From Trueperaceae bacterium (GTDB lineage Bacteria > Deinococcota > Deinococci > Deinococcales > Trueperaceae), in NCBI GenBank assembly GCA_034521815.1, contig JAXHLW010000013.1:352001-416000 (forward strand): DNA of 64,000 bases. The letters are read 5' to 3'. The first letter of the stretch is position 1, and the number at the start of each line of letters is the position of its first letter. A program made the position numbers and the translations under genes. The notes below the pieces were generated by a model that was not told where the DNA came from, made no database searches, and was given only the letters and a program-made list of their open reading frames with translations. This document shows positions 9,859 through 20,687 of this stretch, piece after piece.

Positions 9859-11814
9859 GTGCCGGACACGCCCCTGTGGATTCCCGACGACGACCGTGTG
9901 GCGAACGCCGCCATGACGCGGTTCCGGCGTGACGCCGAGACCGTGGCAGGTCGGTCGCTTCCCGACTACGATGCGCTGCACGCCTGGAGCGTCGACGCGC
10001 CCGACGCGTTCTGGTCGCTCCTGGCCGACCGCTGGATCGCGTGGCGCGAGCCACCCGCGCGGGTTCGTTCCGACGACCCCCTTCCGTTCGTGCGTTGGTT
10101 CGAGGGCGGCACCGCCAACGTCGTCGACCGCCTGCTCTGGCCGGACGGCGTCCAGGACCACGACGTCGCGATCATCGCCAGCGCCGAGGGATGCCCGACC
10201 CGTCGCTGGACGTTCGCCGACCTGCGGGCCGAGGTCGCCAGCATTCAAGCGGGCTTCCGCGCCGCCGGTCTCGTCGCCGGCGACGCGGTGGCCGCCTACG
10301 CCGCGAACGTGCCCGAAGCGGTCGCTGCGCTGATGGCGTGCGCCGCGGACGGGCTGGTGTTCACGAGCGGAAGCCCCGATTTCGGGGCCGACGCTGCGGC
10401 CGCGCGCTTCGCCCAGCTGCGTCCGAAGGCGCTGCTCGCCTCGCCCGCGTCGCGCTACGGGGGCCGGCGCCACGATGCGGGCGAGACGGTCGGTGCGCTC
10501 GCCGCCGCGCTGCCCAGCGCCACGCTGCGCGTCGCGCTGCCCGTGCCTGGCGAGCCGGACGCCCCGGTGCCCCGCGGCTTCGAGTCGTGGCGGTCGTGGA
10601 CCGGCCGGCAGCCTGCGGGATCCGCCCCTACCACGCGCGCGCTTCCGTTCGACCATCCCATCTACGTCCTGTACTCGTCGGGCACCACCGGCACGCCCAA
10701 GGCGATCCGGCACCGCGCCGGCGGCGCCCTGTTGAGCCAGTGGAAGGAGCTCGGCCTCCATTGCGACGTGCGCACCGGCGACCGGGTCCTCTACTACACG
10801 ACGACCGGCTGGATGATGTGGAACTGGCTGGTCGCCGCGCTCGGCGTCGGCGCCGCGATCGTCCTCGTCGACGGGTCGCCCGCGCATCCCGACCCGCTGC
10901 GGCTGTGGCGGCTGGCGCGCGACGAGGAGGTGACCTTCTTCGGGACCAGCGCGCGCTTCCTCCACGGCCTGGCCAGCGCCGGTGCGCGGCCGGGGGAGCT
11001 GGGCCTGCCGCGGCTCCGTACCGTGGCCTCGACCGGCTCGCCGCTCTCCGAGGCCGGGTTCCGCTACGTGTACGAGCATGTCGCGTCCGACGTGCATCTG
11101 GCCAGCATCTCGGGCGGTACCGACATCGTGTCGTGCTTCCTGGCGGGCGTTCCGACGCTACCGGTGTACGCGGGGCAGCTTCAGCGCCCGGGCCTGGGCG
11201 TGGACCTCGCGGTGATGGACCAAGAGGGGCGCGAGCTGGACGGCGGTCCCGGCGAGCTGGTGTGCCGCAGCGATCTGCCTTCGATGCCGCTGGGGTTCGT
11301 CGGCGATGCGGACGGGTCTCGCTACCGCGCGACGTACGCGGCCCGTGTTCCAGGCGCATGGACGCACGGCGATCGGATCGAGCGCACCGCCCAGGGCGGG
11401 TATCGCCACCACGGACGCAGCGACGCGACGCTGAATCCCGGCGGCGTGCGTATCGGCAGCGCGGAGGTGACCGGTCCCGTGCTCGCGCTGCCCGAGGTGG
11501 CCGACGCGGTCGCGGTGGCCCGGCGCAGCGAGCACGACGAGGAGATCTGGCTGTTGATCGTTCCGGCGGACGGAACGGGCGCGAACGGAGCCGACCTCGA
11601 GGCGCGCCTGCGTGCCACGATTCGCCGCTGCGCCAGTCCGCGCCACGTGCCCGCCACGGTCCTGCTGGTGCCGGACCTGCCGCGGACGCGCAGCGGCAAG
11701 ACGATGGAGCTCGCGATCGCCGAGGTGGTGAACGGTCGCTGGCCGTCGAACACGGACTCCGCCGCGAACCCAGGGGCGTTCGCCGGGATCGCGGAGCGCA
11801 TCCGCGAGCCGTGA
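9859..11814 (+). CDS. Acetoacetate--CoA ligase
   Basis: YSSGTTG.PK, TTTGWMMWNW, SISGGTDI, GRSDATLNPGGVRIG; GAGGAGG RBS before GTG 9859. Confidence 0.92.
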   Translation: MPDTPLWIPDDDRVANAAMTRFRRDAETVAGRSLPDYDALHAWSVDAPDAFWSLLADRWIAWREPPARVRSDDPLPFVRWFEGGTANVVDRLLWPDGVQDHDVAIIASAEGCPTRRWTFADLRAEVASIQAGFRAAGLVAGDAVAAYAANVPEAVAALMACAADGLVFTSGSPDFGADAAAARFAQLRPKALLASPASRYGGRRHDAGETVGALAAALPSATLRVALPVPGEPDAPVPRGFESWRSWTGRQPAGSAPTTRALPFDHPIYVLYSSGTTGTPKAIRHRAGGALLSQWKELGLHCDVRTGDRVLYYTTTGWMMWNWLVAALGVGAAIVLVDGSPAHPDPLRLWRLARDEEVTFFGTSARFLHGLASAGARPGELGLPRLRTVASTGSPLSEAGFRYVYEHVASDVHLASISGGTDIVSCFLAGVPTLPVYAGQLQRPGLGVDLAVMDQEGRELDGGPGELVCRSDLPSMPLGFVGDADGSRYRATYAARVPGAWTHGDRIERTAQGGYRHHGRSDATLNPGGVRIGSAEVTGPVLALPEVADAVAVARRSEHDEEIWLLIVPADGTGANGADLEARLRATIRRCASPRHVPATVLLVPDLPRTRSGKTMELAIAEVVNGRWPSNTDSAANPGAFAGIAERIREP

Positions 11815-11842
11815 CGAGGGCCGCTCGTAAGAGCGGCCCTCG
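11815..11842. terminator. Hairpin between convergent genes, probable bidirectional terminator
   Basis: cgagggccgctc-GTAA-gagcggccctcg, 12-bp perfect stem right after the ligase stop; no U-tract. Confidence 0.7.
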
Positions 11843-11874
11843 CGGGTCTCGGGGGAGTCGTGGACTCGGCCGGG

Positions 11875-12720
11875 TCAGCCCTTGACGGATCCGGCGGTGA
11901 GACCCTCGACGATCCGGTTCTGGAACAGCAGGACCAGGATCACCAGCGGGATCGTCACGATCACGGCGGCCGCCATGATCTCGCCGAACGGCTCTTGACG
12001 CGCCACCTCGCCGGTGAACAGCGCGATCGCGACCGGCACGGTCCGTGACTGCTCCTCGATGATCGTGAAGGTCAGCGCGAACAGGTACTCGTTCCACGCC
12101 TGGATGAACGCCAGCAGGCCGGTCGTGACCATCGCCGGCGCGGCGAGCGGCAGAAGCACGTAGACGAAGCTCTGCATCATCGTGGCGCCGTCCACCTGCG
12201 CCGCCTGCAACAGCGAGTCGGGCAGGCCGCGGAAGAACGAGGTGAGCACCCAGACGGTGAACGGCAACGTGAACAGCATGTAGGAGAGGATCATGCTGGG
12301 GATCGCGGGCATGTTCAGCACCCGGATCACGGCGTACAGGCCGGCAAGCACCGCGATCTGCGGGAACATCGTCATCGCCAGGATCACGTACAGCGACGGC
12401 GTCTTGCCGCGGAAGCGCATCTTGCCCAGGGCGTAGCCGGCGAACGACCCGACCACCAGGCTCAGCGCCGTGACGGCGACGGAGACCAAGGTGCTGTTCC
12501 AGAGCGCGCGCAGGAACGTCTGGCTGCTCAGCACGGCCCGGAAGTTCTGCAGCGTCGGCTCGTCGGGCCAGAGCGTGGCGGGCGTCTGGATCAGCTCCCG
12601 CTGCGTCTTCAGGGCCGAGATGAGCGCCCAGTAGAACGGGAACATCAGGTAGATGAAGATGGCGATGATCAGGATCCAGAAGCCGATGCGCTGCAGGATG
12701 TGGAGGGTCCGCTTGTTCAT
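11875..12720 (-). CDS. Carbohydrate ABC transporter permease (MalG-like)
   Basis: 6 TM, QAAQVDGA (EAA loop), AWNEYL. Confidence 0.93.
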   Translation of the reverse strand: MNKRTLHILQRIGFWILIIAIFIYLMFPFYWALISALKTQRELIQTPATLWPDEPTLQNFRAVLSSQTFLRALWNSTLVSVAVTALSLVVGSFAGYALGKMRFRGKTPSLYVILAMTMFPQIAVLAGLYAVIRVLNMPAIPSMILSYMLFTLPFTVWVLTSFFRGLPDSLLQAAQVDGATMMQSFVYVLLPLAAPAMVTTGLLAFIQAWNEYLFALTFTIIEEQSRTVPVAIALFTGEVARQEPFGEIMAAAVIVTIPLVILVLLFQNRIVEGLTAGSVKG

Positions 12721-13811
12721 TCGGTCTCGACCCCCAGGATCCGGATGTAGCTGAGCGCGAAGCCGAAGATCAGGACGAAGATCACCACCGACGCAGCGGA
12801 CGACATGCCGACGTCACGAACGCTGATCAGCATGTCCTGCGCATAGGACGCCATCGAGTATCTCGATCGTCCGAGGACCACCTGGAAGATGTCGAACACG
12901 CGTAGCGAGTCCAGGGTCCGGAAGATGAGCGCCACGGCCAACGTCGGCATGAGCAGGGGAAGCGTGATCGAGAAGAACTGGCGAAACGGGTTGGCACCGT
13001 CGACCTTCGCGGCCTCGTAGAGCTCCTTGGGGATGGTGGACAGCCCCGCGAGCAGCAGCAGCGCCATGAACGGCGTCGTCTTCCAGACGTCCATGACGAT
13101 CATGCTGGGCAGCTGCAGCGACGCCTCGCCGAAGAAGTTCGTGCGTCCGTCGTTCAGCCCCAGCGCCGCACCGACGGTGTTGAACAGCCCTGCTCGCGTC
13201 GGCTGCAGCATCCACTCCCAGATGCGTGCCGAGACCGCGGTGATCACCGCCCACGGGACGAGCATCGCGGCGCGCATCGCGCCGCGACCGAAGAACTTCG
13301 CGGTGAGCGCCAGCGCGATGATCATGCCCAGCACGGTCTCGAAGAACACGGCCACCACCGAGAACACGATGGTGTCCCAGACCGCGCGGATGAACTCCGG
13401 GGTGATCGCTCCGATCACGTAGCGGTTCCCGACCAGGCCGAACTCCCAGACGGCGCGGTAGCGCTGCGGCTCGCGCGGAAGAATGCGAACCCAGCTCTCG
13501 TACTGCACCTCGCCGTCCTCGACGACGGGGTTCCCGTCGTCGTCCAGCTCGACGGGGAGCTGCCGAAGGGTGACCGAGAGGAGCTGCTGGTAGTTCTGCA
13601 AACCGACCCAGGTTCCCGGGTTGCCCGACGCGAACTCGCGCTGGCGGAACGACTCGACGAAGACCTGTCCCAGCGGATAGAAGGCGATGATCAAAATGAT
13701 GACGAAGGTAGGGATCAACAGCCAGAGAGCGGTGCGCTCCTCGGCCTTGGCCAGCTCGGAGGGACCGCCGGAGCGGACCTTCTTCGCGCCATCTCGGGAC
13801 GGATCGGCCAT
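12717..13811 (-). CDS. Carbohydrate ABC transporter permease (MalF-like)
   Basis: WKTTPF, LYEAAKVDGA, FRTLD; AGGAGG RBS before ATG 13811. Confidence 0.93.
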   Translation of the reverse strand: MADPSRDGAKKVRSGGPSELAKAEERTALWLLIPTFVIILIIAFYPLGQVFVESFRQREFASGNPGTWVGLQNYQQLLSVTLRQLPVELDDDGNPVVEDGEVQYESWVRILPREPQRYRAVWEFGLVGNRYVIGAITPEFIRAVWDTIVFSVVAVFFETVLGMIIALALTAKFFGRGAMRAAMLVPWAVITAVSARIWEWMLQPTRAGLFNTVGAALGLNDGRTNFFGEASLQLPSMIVMDVWKTTPFMALLLLAGLSTIPKELYEAAKVDGANPFRQFFSITLPLLMPTLAVALIFRTLDSLRVFDIFQVVLGRSRYSMASYAQDMLISVRDVGMSSAASVVIFVLIFGFALSYIRILGVETE

Positions 13812-13867
13812 GAGCACCTCCTAGCGAACGCGCGTGCAGCGGTGGGGACGGACGACCGCGGTAGCCG

Positions 13868-13901
13868 AGCGACCAGGTCGGACGGGTCCGACCTGGTCGC
13901 T
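13868..13901. promoter_or_regulatory. Intercistronic stem-loop downstream of the sugar-binding-protein gene
   Basis: 16-bp perfect inverted repeat agcgaccaggtcggac-gg-gtccgacctggtcgct. Confidence 0.7.
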
Positions 13902-13952
13902 GGCTCGCGGTGGCGCGGACGCCTCACGCGTCGGGTCGAGGATGGGCTGCTG

Positions 13953-15225
13953 TTACTGAGGCTGGCCGGTGGACAAGCCGGTGATGTCCTGCAGGTCGAG
14001 CTCGAGCAGCTCGAGCGCGACGTCGGCGTCCTCGTTGCCCGTGAGGACGTTGTGCACGGCCGAGAAGAACGCGCGCGAGATCGCCGCGTAGTTCGGGGCC
14101 GTGACGGTGGACGGACGCGCGGTGGCGTTCACGAACACGTTGTAGAGCGAGCCGAAGAACGGGTTCGCTTCGAGGACGTCCTCGTCCTCGTACAGCGCTT
14201 CGATGGTCGGGTTGAGCGAACCCTCGATCGCGCGGATCTTCTGCTCTTCGTACGAGGCGAGGAACAGCGCCACGTCGGCGGCGGCCTCGGGGTTCTCGCT
14301 GTAGGCGCTCACGCCCAGCTGCCAGCCCCCCAGGGTGTGGGCGGGCTTGCCGCTCGGGCCGTGCGGCAGGGTCGAGACGTCGAACAGGCCCTGGACCGCG
14401 CTGTCGTCGCTCTGGCCCAGCGAGTAGGCGTACGGCCAGTTGCGCATGAACGCGGCGTTGCCCGCCTGGAACATGTTGCGGGCGTCCTCTTCGGCGAAGT
14501 TCGTCACGCCGTTGGGGCTGATCGTGCCGACCCAGCCGGCGGCCTTGCTCGATCGCGGTGATGGCGGCCTCGTTGTTGATCGTGATGACGCCGTCGGGGC
14601 TGACGACCGTGCCACCGTCGTGGGAGGCGACCCACTCGAGCGCGTCGCAGGTCAGGCCCTCGTAGGCGTTGCCCTGCCAGACGAAGCCCCAGAAGTCGGG
14701 GTTGCCCTCGGCGCGCTCGCCGGCCTGGATCATCTCGGCCATCTCCTCGAGCTCGGTCCAGGTCTCGGGCGGGCCATCGAAGCCGTACTTCTCGAGCAGG
14801 TCCGTGCGGTAGTACAGCAGGCCGGCGTCGGTGAACCAGGGGATGGCGACGAGCTTGCCGTCGACCGTGTTGTTCTCGACGATCGCCGAGAAATGCTCGT
14901 CGACGACGTCGCCGGCGCCGTACTCGTACAGGTCGACGAAGTGCTGCTGAAGGTCGCCGGGCCAGATCACGTCGATCTGCATCACGTCGACGTCGGACGA
15001 CTGCGCCTCGAACAGCTGCAGGTAGAACGACAGACGGTCGTCGGCGAGGTCGCCGGTCTCGAGCACGTTCACCGTGACGTCCGGGTTCTCCTGCATGTAG
15101 CGCTCGGCGGCGGCCTTCGTGAGCTCGAGCTCCTGACCGACCGCGCCTGCGGCGACGGTGATCGTCTGGGCGCTGACCACGCTCACGAGCAGCGCGATGG
15201 CCAGACTTGCGATGACCTTCCTCAT
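13953..15225 (-). pseudogene. Trehalose/maltose/sucrose-type (alpha-glucoside) ABC substrate-binding protein with one +1 frameshift near 14546 (possibly a sequencing error)
   Basis: IDVIWPG, PWFTDAGLLYYR, YEGLTCD in one frame; FMRNWPYA, TLGGWQL in the next; removing one base in gagcaaggcc joins them. Confidence 0.88.
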
Positions 15226-15391
15226 GTCTCACCTTTCCTTTCGGCGTGCGAGCGTTGCGATAGCCGCTGGAACGCCCTCTTGCCGACCTTGGGTCGGCGC
15301 CATCAACCGGTCCGGATCCACGACGGACGTCCTCTGGGAGCGTGCGCGAAAGCCGGCTCCGAAGGTGCGTCGCGACCGAATTGATACGGCG

Positions 15392-15420
15392 ACGATAGCA
15401 CTTCGCGGGGGGACCGGCAA
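15392..15420 (-). promoter_or_regulatory. Putative sigma70 promoter of the sugar ABC operon
   Basis: Minus strand TTGCCG-17 nt-TATCGT with an extended -10 TG. Confidence 0.55.
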
Positions 15421-15507
15421 GACGAAGTAGCGTGCCCCAGCACGTAGTTGTCCAGGTATACACAGGGGTCGATCGGACACCGCCCGGTACCGAGCCGGGG
15501 TGCCGGC

Positions 15508-16572
15508 TCAGACGACGGGCCGCCCCGCCAGGCGCGCCACGCTCTGCTGCAGCTCCATCTCGGCGAACGGGCGGGCCAGCACCTCGGCCTTCGGGCGCCG
15601 CCAGCGCGACAACGGCCCCCCGCCCACGTCGTCGGTGAGGACGACGGCGGGCAGGTGGCGCCGCCCGGCCGTGCCTCGGACCTGGCGCAGCAGCCGCCAG
15701 CCTTCGCCCTCGCGATCGTCCACCACGAGCACCTTGGGCCGGACGTCGTCCAGCGCGGCCAGCGCCGCATCGGGCGACTCGAACAGCTCGGGCCGCAGCC
15801 CGACGCGCTGGAGCGAGAGGCGAATCAGTCGCTGGAGCGCCGGGCTGGCGCACACCACCATCACCGCCGGATCGGGGTTGTCGCGCTCCACGCCTTCGAT
15901 CACCTCGAGCTCCTCGAGGCGACGCAACAGCCGCAACGCCTCGCCTTCGCCCAGGTCGACGTCGGCGACGATCGTTCGGGCCGGCCGGAAGCCGTCCACC
16001 AGGCCCACGAGGTCCCACGCGCCGGGAGGCAGATCGTGGTCGGTCGGATCGCCTACGCGGCGGTAGACCGTGGCCGGGTCCGCCATCCCCTCGTCCAGCG
16101 CCCGGCGCAGCTCGTCGGCCTCCATCAGAAGGCGCATCGCGTCGTGAGCGCCCTCGGTGGGCGCCTGGGAGGAGGTGATCGACCGCTCGGCGAACGAGAA
16201 CGTCCCCTCGCGCCAGGAGAGCAGCTCTGCGATCGCCTCGACCGCCTGCCGCCGCAACGCCGCCTGGAGCTGCTCGGCGCTGAGCAATCCGGTGTCGATG
16301 GCCATCAGCCCCAGCGGCGTCCCCGCGTTCTCGCTGTCCTGGCGGGCCAGCATCTCCTGCACCTCGAACGTGGTGAGAAGGTCCATGCGCACCAGCACCT
16401 CGCCGAGGTGGGTGCCCGGATCGAGGTGGGCCACCTGCACGCGGCCGCGCTCCAGGTACAGCCGAGCTCGCACCTCGTTGCGGGCGACCGTCAGCACGCC
16501 GGACTTCTGACCCTCGGAGACGATCTGGACCACGTCGGTCAGCGGCACGTTCCGGAGGCTGCCCTCGATCAC
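15508..16572 (-). CDS. DUF4388 (PatA-N-like) protein with a C-terminal degenerate receiver domain
   Basis: EGSL..VPLTDVVQ.....KSGVL, LGEVL, LLSWREGTFSF; REC-like C-terminus (VLVVDD, LPAVVLT, RPF). Confidence 0.8.
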   Translation of the reverse strand: MIEGSLRNVPLTDVVQIVSEGQKSGVLTVARNEVRARLYLERGRVQVAHLDPGTHLGEVLVRMDLLTTFEVQEMLARQDSENAGTPLGLMAIDTGLLSAEQLQAALRRQAVEAIAELLSWREGTFSFAERSITSSQAPTEGAHDAMRLLMEADELRRALDEGMADPATVYRRVGDPTDHDLPPGAWDLVGLVDGFRPARTIVADVDLGEGEALRLLRRLEELEVIEGVERDNPDPAVMVVCASPALQRLIRLSLQRVGLRPELFESPDAALAALDDVRPKVLVVDDREGEGWRLLRQVRGTAGRRHLPAVVLTDDVGGGPLSRWRRPKAEVLARPFAEMELQQSVARLAGRPVV

Positions 16573-16573
16573 C

Positions 16574-17566
16574 TCAATCGTGCCCCTCGAACAGGCCCTC
16601 CGCGGTGGCCACCGCGGGCGCCTCGAGTCCAAGGTGGCGCCAGGCCGCCGGCGTCGCGATCCTGCCGCGCTGCGTCCGCTGAAGCAGCCCGCGCTGGATC
16701 AGGAACGGCTCGTAGACCTCCTCGAGCGTCGCCCGGTCCTCGCCGATCGCCGTCGCGAGGGTGCCGACGCCCACGGGTCCCCCGGCGAAGCGCTCGACGA
16801 CGGTCCGCAACAGCGCCCGGTCGCGACGGTCCAGCCCGGCGACGTCGATGCCCAGCTCGTCGAGGGCGTGCCGTGTCCGCTCGACGCCGACCTCGTCCTC
16901 GCCGGCGACGTGCGCGTAGTCCCGGACGCGCCTGAGAAGTCGCTTGGCGACGCGCATCGTTCCCCGCGAGCGGCGTCCGATCTCGAGCGCGGCGTCCGGA
17001 TGGACGGCGAACCCCAGCAGCCGAGCGTCGCGGTTCACGCCTTCGGCGAGCTCCTCGTCGCGGTAGTACTCGAGGTGCTCGAGAATCCCGAACCGGCTTC
17101 GCAACGGGCCGCTGATGAGCCCGGGACGGGTCGTCGCTCCGATGAGCGTGAAGCGCGGCAGGTCCAGTCGCAACGTGCGCGCTGACGGCCCTTGCCCCAG
17201 CACCAGGTCGATCGCGAAGTCCTCCATGGCCGGGTAGAGGTGCTCCTCGGCGGCGCGCCCCAGCCTGTGGATCTCGTCGATGAACACGACGTCGCCCTGT
17301 CGAACCGCGTTCGTGAGGATCGCGGCCAGATCGCCCGGCTTCTCGATGGCCGGCCCGCTGGTCACCCGCAGGCCGACGCCGAGCTCCGCGGCGACGATGT
17401 GCGCCAGGGTGGTCTTGCCGAGGCCCGGAGGGCCGTAGAGGAGCACGTGATCGAGAACGTCCCCTCGACCCTTGGCGGCGTCGAGGTAGACGCGGAACTT
17501 CTGCTTGAGCCGCTCCTGCCCGACGTAGTCGTCCAGCCGAGCGGGCCTGAGAGCGCCGTCCTCCAC
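16574..17566 (-). CDS. ruvB: Holliday junction branch migration helicase RuvB
   Basis: [38 protein letters not shown]. Confidence 0.97.
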   Translation of the reverse strand: MEDGALRPARLDDYVGQERLKQKFRVYLDAAKGRGDVLDHVLLYGPPGLGKTTLAHIVAAELGVGLRVTSGPAIEKPGDLAAILTNAVRQGDVVFIDEIHRLGRAAEEHLYPAMEDFAIDLVLGQGPSARTLRLDLPRFTLIGATTRPGLISGPLRSRFGILEHLEYYRDEELAEGVNRDARLLGFAVHPDAALEIGRRSRGTMRVAKRLLRRVRDYAHVAGEDEVGVERTRHALDELGIDVAGLDRRDRALLRTVVERFAGGPVGVGTLATAIGEDRATLEEVYEPFLIQRGLLQRTQRGRIATPAAWRHLGLEAPAVATAEGLFEGHD

Positions 17567-17761
17567 GTCCTGAAGCGTACCACCCCCTTCGCTAAGGGCC
17601 GCGGCCGGGAGATGGACGAACGGCCGCCGTCGGGTACCATGCCACGCGGCCGACCGCGACCGAGCCCGAGGCGTGCCACCGTGCGGAACGGGCGTCCGCG
17701 ATACTCAGAGCGACCCGGCCGACGCGGAATCGTCCGACGCTCCGAAGGGAACGAACCCGTC

Positions 17762-18334
17762 ATGAACAGCCATCGCATCCGTATCGGACAGGAGGTCCGA
17801 GACCTGCCGATCGTCGACGTCGGCGGCGTGTCCGTGGCCCTCCTCAACCTCCTCGGCGACACCGATCTGGTCGAGGCCGCCGCCGTCGCGCTGGCGGAGG
17901 CGATGCCCGAGGGGATCGAGGCGTTCGTCACGCCCGAGGTCAAGGCCGTTCCGCTGGCGCACGCGTTGTCGCGCAACACCGGCGTTCCGTACGTCGTGAT
18001 CCGCAAGACCGAGAAGCCGTACATGGTGAATGCCATCGCGCGCTCGGTCGTGTCGATCACCACCGGGCGTCCGCAGAACCTCGTGCTGGACGGCGGCGAC
18101 GTGCCTAGACTCCGGGGTCGACGCGTCGCGATCGTCGACGACGTGGTCTCGACCGGCGGCACGCTGCACGGGCTGATCGAGCTCCTCGAGCAGGTCGGCG
18201 CCGAGGTGGTCGCCACGATGGTCGTGTTCACCGAGGGCGATCCGCGCGACGACGTCGTGTCGCTCGGGCACCTCCCGCTCTACCCCGCGCAGGACGACGT
18301 GGCGGGGGAGGCCGTGGCGGAGGAGGAATCCTGA
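17762..18334 (+). CDS. Purine (adenine-type) phosphoribosyltransferase-family protein
   Basis: PRPP-binding motif [17 protein letters not shown]. Confidence 0.85.
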   Translation: MNSHRIRIGQEVRDLPIVDVGGVSVALLNLLGDTDLVEAAAVALAEAMPEGIEAFVTPEVKAVPLAHALSRNTGVPYVVIRKTEKPYMVNAIARSVVSITTGRPQNLVLDGGDVPRLRGRRVAIVDDVVSTGGTLHGLIELLEQVGAEVVATMVVFTEGDPRDDVVSLGHLPLYPAQDDVAGEAVAEEES

Positions 18335-18335
18335 C

Positions 18336-20687
18336 GTGACCCGGTTCTCGGACGGCCCGCTCCGCGTACACGCGGCGGGCACGCGCGAGCTGCTCGAGCG
18401 CGCTGCGACCGAGCGTCGTGAGCGTGCCGCGCTGGACGCCGCGCGAGCGACCGCCGGTCGCGCGGGCGCGCGAGCGATCGACGGGCGAGCGGAGTTCGGG
18501 GCGTGGCTGCCGCAGATCGACCCCGCCCGCGACCGGGTCGAGCTCGAGACCATCCAGCTCCTCGGCGCTGCGCCCGAGGGCGGCGACGGCACCGTGCCGG
18601 TGGTCCGCCAGCGTCTACCGATGTCGGTCGACGGCGCGTGGGCGTGGCTGGCCGTGACGGGGGCGGTGGCGGGCAGTCGCGACGAGCCCGGCACGCTGTA
18701 TCGCTTCGTGGTGACGGGCCCGGGCGGAGAGGAGAAGCTCTGGGGCGACCCCATGGCGGCGTCGCTGCCGTACGGGATCCACGGCCCGGCCGAGCTGTAC
18801 GACACGCACCGCATGCACGCCGGCAGGGGCGACGCCGAGTTCTTCCGCCGTGCCGGCATCGGCGGGCAGGGGGCCGAAGGCGAGCCGGCACGCTTCGGTC
18901 CTCCCAGCCACATTCTGCAGGTTCACGTCGGCACGGCCACGCACGGCGGCACGTTGGCCGACCTCGTCGACCTCTACGCCGCGCTGGCCGACAAGGTCCG
19001 CACGGGCCGGGAGCCGACGCCGGCCGAGTCGGCGTTCTTGGGCTACGACGCGGTGCAGCTGTTGCCGGTCGAGCCGGTGATCGAGAACCCCGCCGACCCG
19101 CCCCGGTTCGAGCTGATCGACGGGGGCGCCGGCGCCATGGCACGTCTGCGCCCACCGAACACGATCGACTGGGGCTACGACACGACGATCTTCGGCTCCG
19201 CCGCGATCTCGCCGTCGCTGTTGCGGAGCGGCCGGCCCGACGAGCTCGTCGACCTCGCCGTGGTCCTGCACACCTTCCCGGGCATGCCGATCAGGCTCGT
19301 GCTGGACGTCGTGTTCGGGCACGCCGATGCGCAGGCGACCTCCGTGCTGCCTCCAGCGTGGTTCCTGGGCCCGAACATGTACGGCACCGACCTGGACTTC
19401 CGCGATCCGACGGTGCGGGCGCTGCTGCTCGAGATGCAGCGTCGCAAGGTCGACCACGGTGCCGACGGCGTGCGCGTCGACGCGGCGCAGGATCACAAGA
19501 TCCTCGACGACGCTACGGGCGAGATGGTGCACGACGACGCCTACCTGCGCGAGATGAGCGCCGTGGTGCAGCAGGTGGCCGACGTGCGCTACCGGCCGTT
19601 CATGATCTTCGAGGACGGACGGCCGTGGCCGCGTGAGGATTGGCCGACGGCGTCGACGTACATGGACGTGATTCGCGACCAGCCGCACGCGTTCCAGTGG
19701 GGGCCGATGACGTTCGCGCACAACACGCCGTCGCTCGAGGGGTTCTGGAACAGCCGCTGGTGGCGGATCGAGGAGATCTGCGACCACGGCGAGCAGTGGA
19801 TCAGCGGCTGTGCGAACCACGACACGCTGCGCCGCGGCTACCAGATCCCGCCGGACGCGGCGATCAACCGGCGGCTGGGCACCGACCTGCCCGAGATCCT
19901 CCGGCGCGCCTACGATCATCCTGCGGCCGACATGATGTTCTACGGTCTGCTTCCCGGCGTTCCGATGACGTTCGTCGCGGCCGGCATGCGCGCTCCCTGG
20001 GCGTTCATGAGGAACGCCGACCACCGCTACGCGGTCAAGGTCGCGGCCGAGGAGGCGGGCGTGTTCCGCTGGCGCTTCGGACCGGACGACTACGCGCGTG
20101 ACGACGCCTTCCTGCGCTTGAAGGGGCTGGGTCTGCACGAACACGGCGCTGCGGCGCACCTGTTCGAACGGTTGCAGGGCGCGGTCCGGTCCGGGGCCGA
20201 AGGGGCCGACGAGATCGCCGACGCCGCCAGGGCCAGCGGCACCAGCGCTCCGTTCGAGCTGGAGCCGGAGGTGCTGCTGGGCGTCGCGCGGGCGTTCATG
20301 GAGGACCTTCACGACGCCAGCGTGGTGTGGCGCGCCGAGCACCGCCTGGATCCGGTGCGCATGGAGCGTTCGATGGCGCTGCGGCGCATCCGGCGCGCCC
20401 GCCCCTGGCTGCGGGCCGACCTGCGGCCCGCCGAGCGGTTCGACCGGCGGGTCCGCGAGGACGGCGGCGTGCTGGTGCACGGCGTTCGTCACGCGCCCGA
20501 CGGTGGCGAGTCGCTGGCGCTCATCGCGAATCTCGAGGGCGAGCCGTGGTCGGTCGTGCCGCGCGAGCTCGTGGGCCAGGGCGATTGGCAGGCGCTGGCG
20601 ATCGCGCCGGGCGCCGTGTGGCGCGGGCCGGACGACGAGCTGGTGGTTCACGACGCCGAGGGCGTGCTCCTGCACGTCACGGCCTGA
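18336..20687 (+). CDS. gghA: Glucosylglycerol hydrolase (GghA/Slr1670-like, alpha-amylase-type fold)
   Basis: [46 protein letters not shown]: motif set recalled for the GghA family, with D/E/D catalytic positions intact. Confidence 0.8.
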   Translation: MTRFSDGPLRVHAAGTRELLERAATERRERAALDAARATAGRAGARAIDGRAEFGAWLPQIDPARDRVELETIQLLGAAPEGGDGTVPVVRQRLPMSVDGAWAWLAVTGAVAGSRDEPGTLYRFVVTGPGGEEKLWGDPMAASLPYGIHGPAELYDTHRMHAGRGDAEFFRRAGIGGQGAEGEPARFGPPSHILQVHVGTATHGGTLADLVDLYAALADKVRTGREPTPAESAFLGYDAVQLLPVEPVIENPADPPRFELIDGGAGAMARLRPPNTIDWGYDTTIFGSAAISPSLLRSGRPDELVDLAVVLHTFPGMPIRLVLDVVFGHADAQATSVLPPAWFLGPNMYGTDLDFRDPTVRALLLEMQRRKVDHGADGVRVDAAQDHKILDDATGEMVHDDAYLREMSAVVQQVADVRYRPFMIFEDGRPWPREDWPTASTYMDVIRDQPHAFQWGPMTFAHNTPSLEGFWNSRWWRIEEICDHGEQWISGCANHDTLRRGYQIPPDAAINRRLGTDLPEILRRAYDHPAADMMFYGLLPGVPMTFVAAGMRAPWAFMRNADHRYAVKVAAEEAGVFRWRFGPDDYARDDAFLRLKGLGLHEHGAAAHLFERLQGAVRSGAEGADEIADAARASGTSAPFELEPEVLLGVARAFMEDLHDASVVWRAEHRLDPVRMERSMALRRIRRARPWLRADLRPAERFDRRVREDGGVLVHGVRHAPDGGESLALIANLEGEPWSVVPRELVGQGDWQALAIAPGAVWRGPDDELVVHDAEGVLLHVTA

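Noticed and set aside
17563-17580. Possible Deinococcus radiation/desiccation response motif (RDRM) at the ruvB start
   Set aside because: The palindromic halves in gtacg-N8-cgtgg are 1 nt too far apart for the 17-bp motif and the ends match poorly
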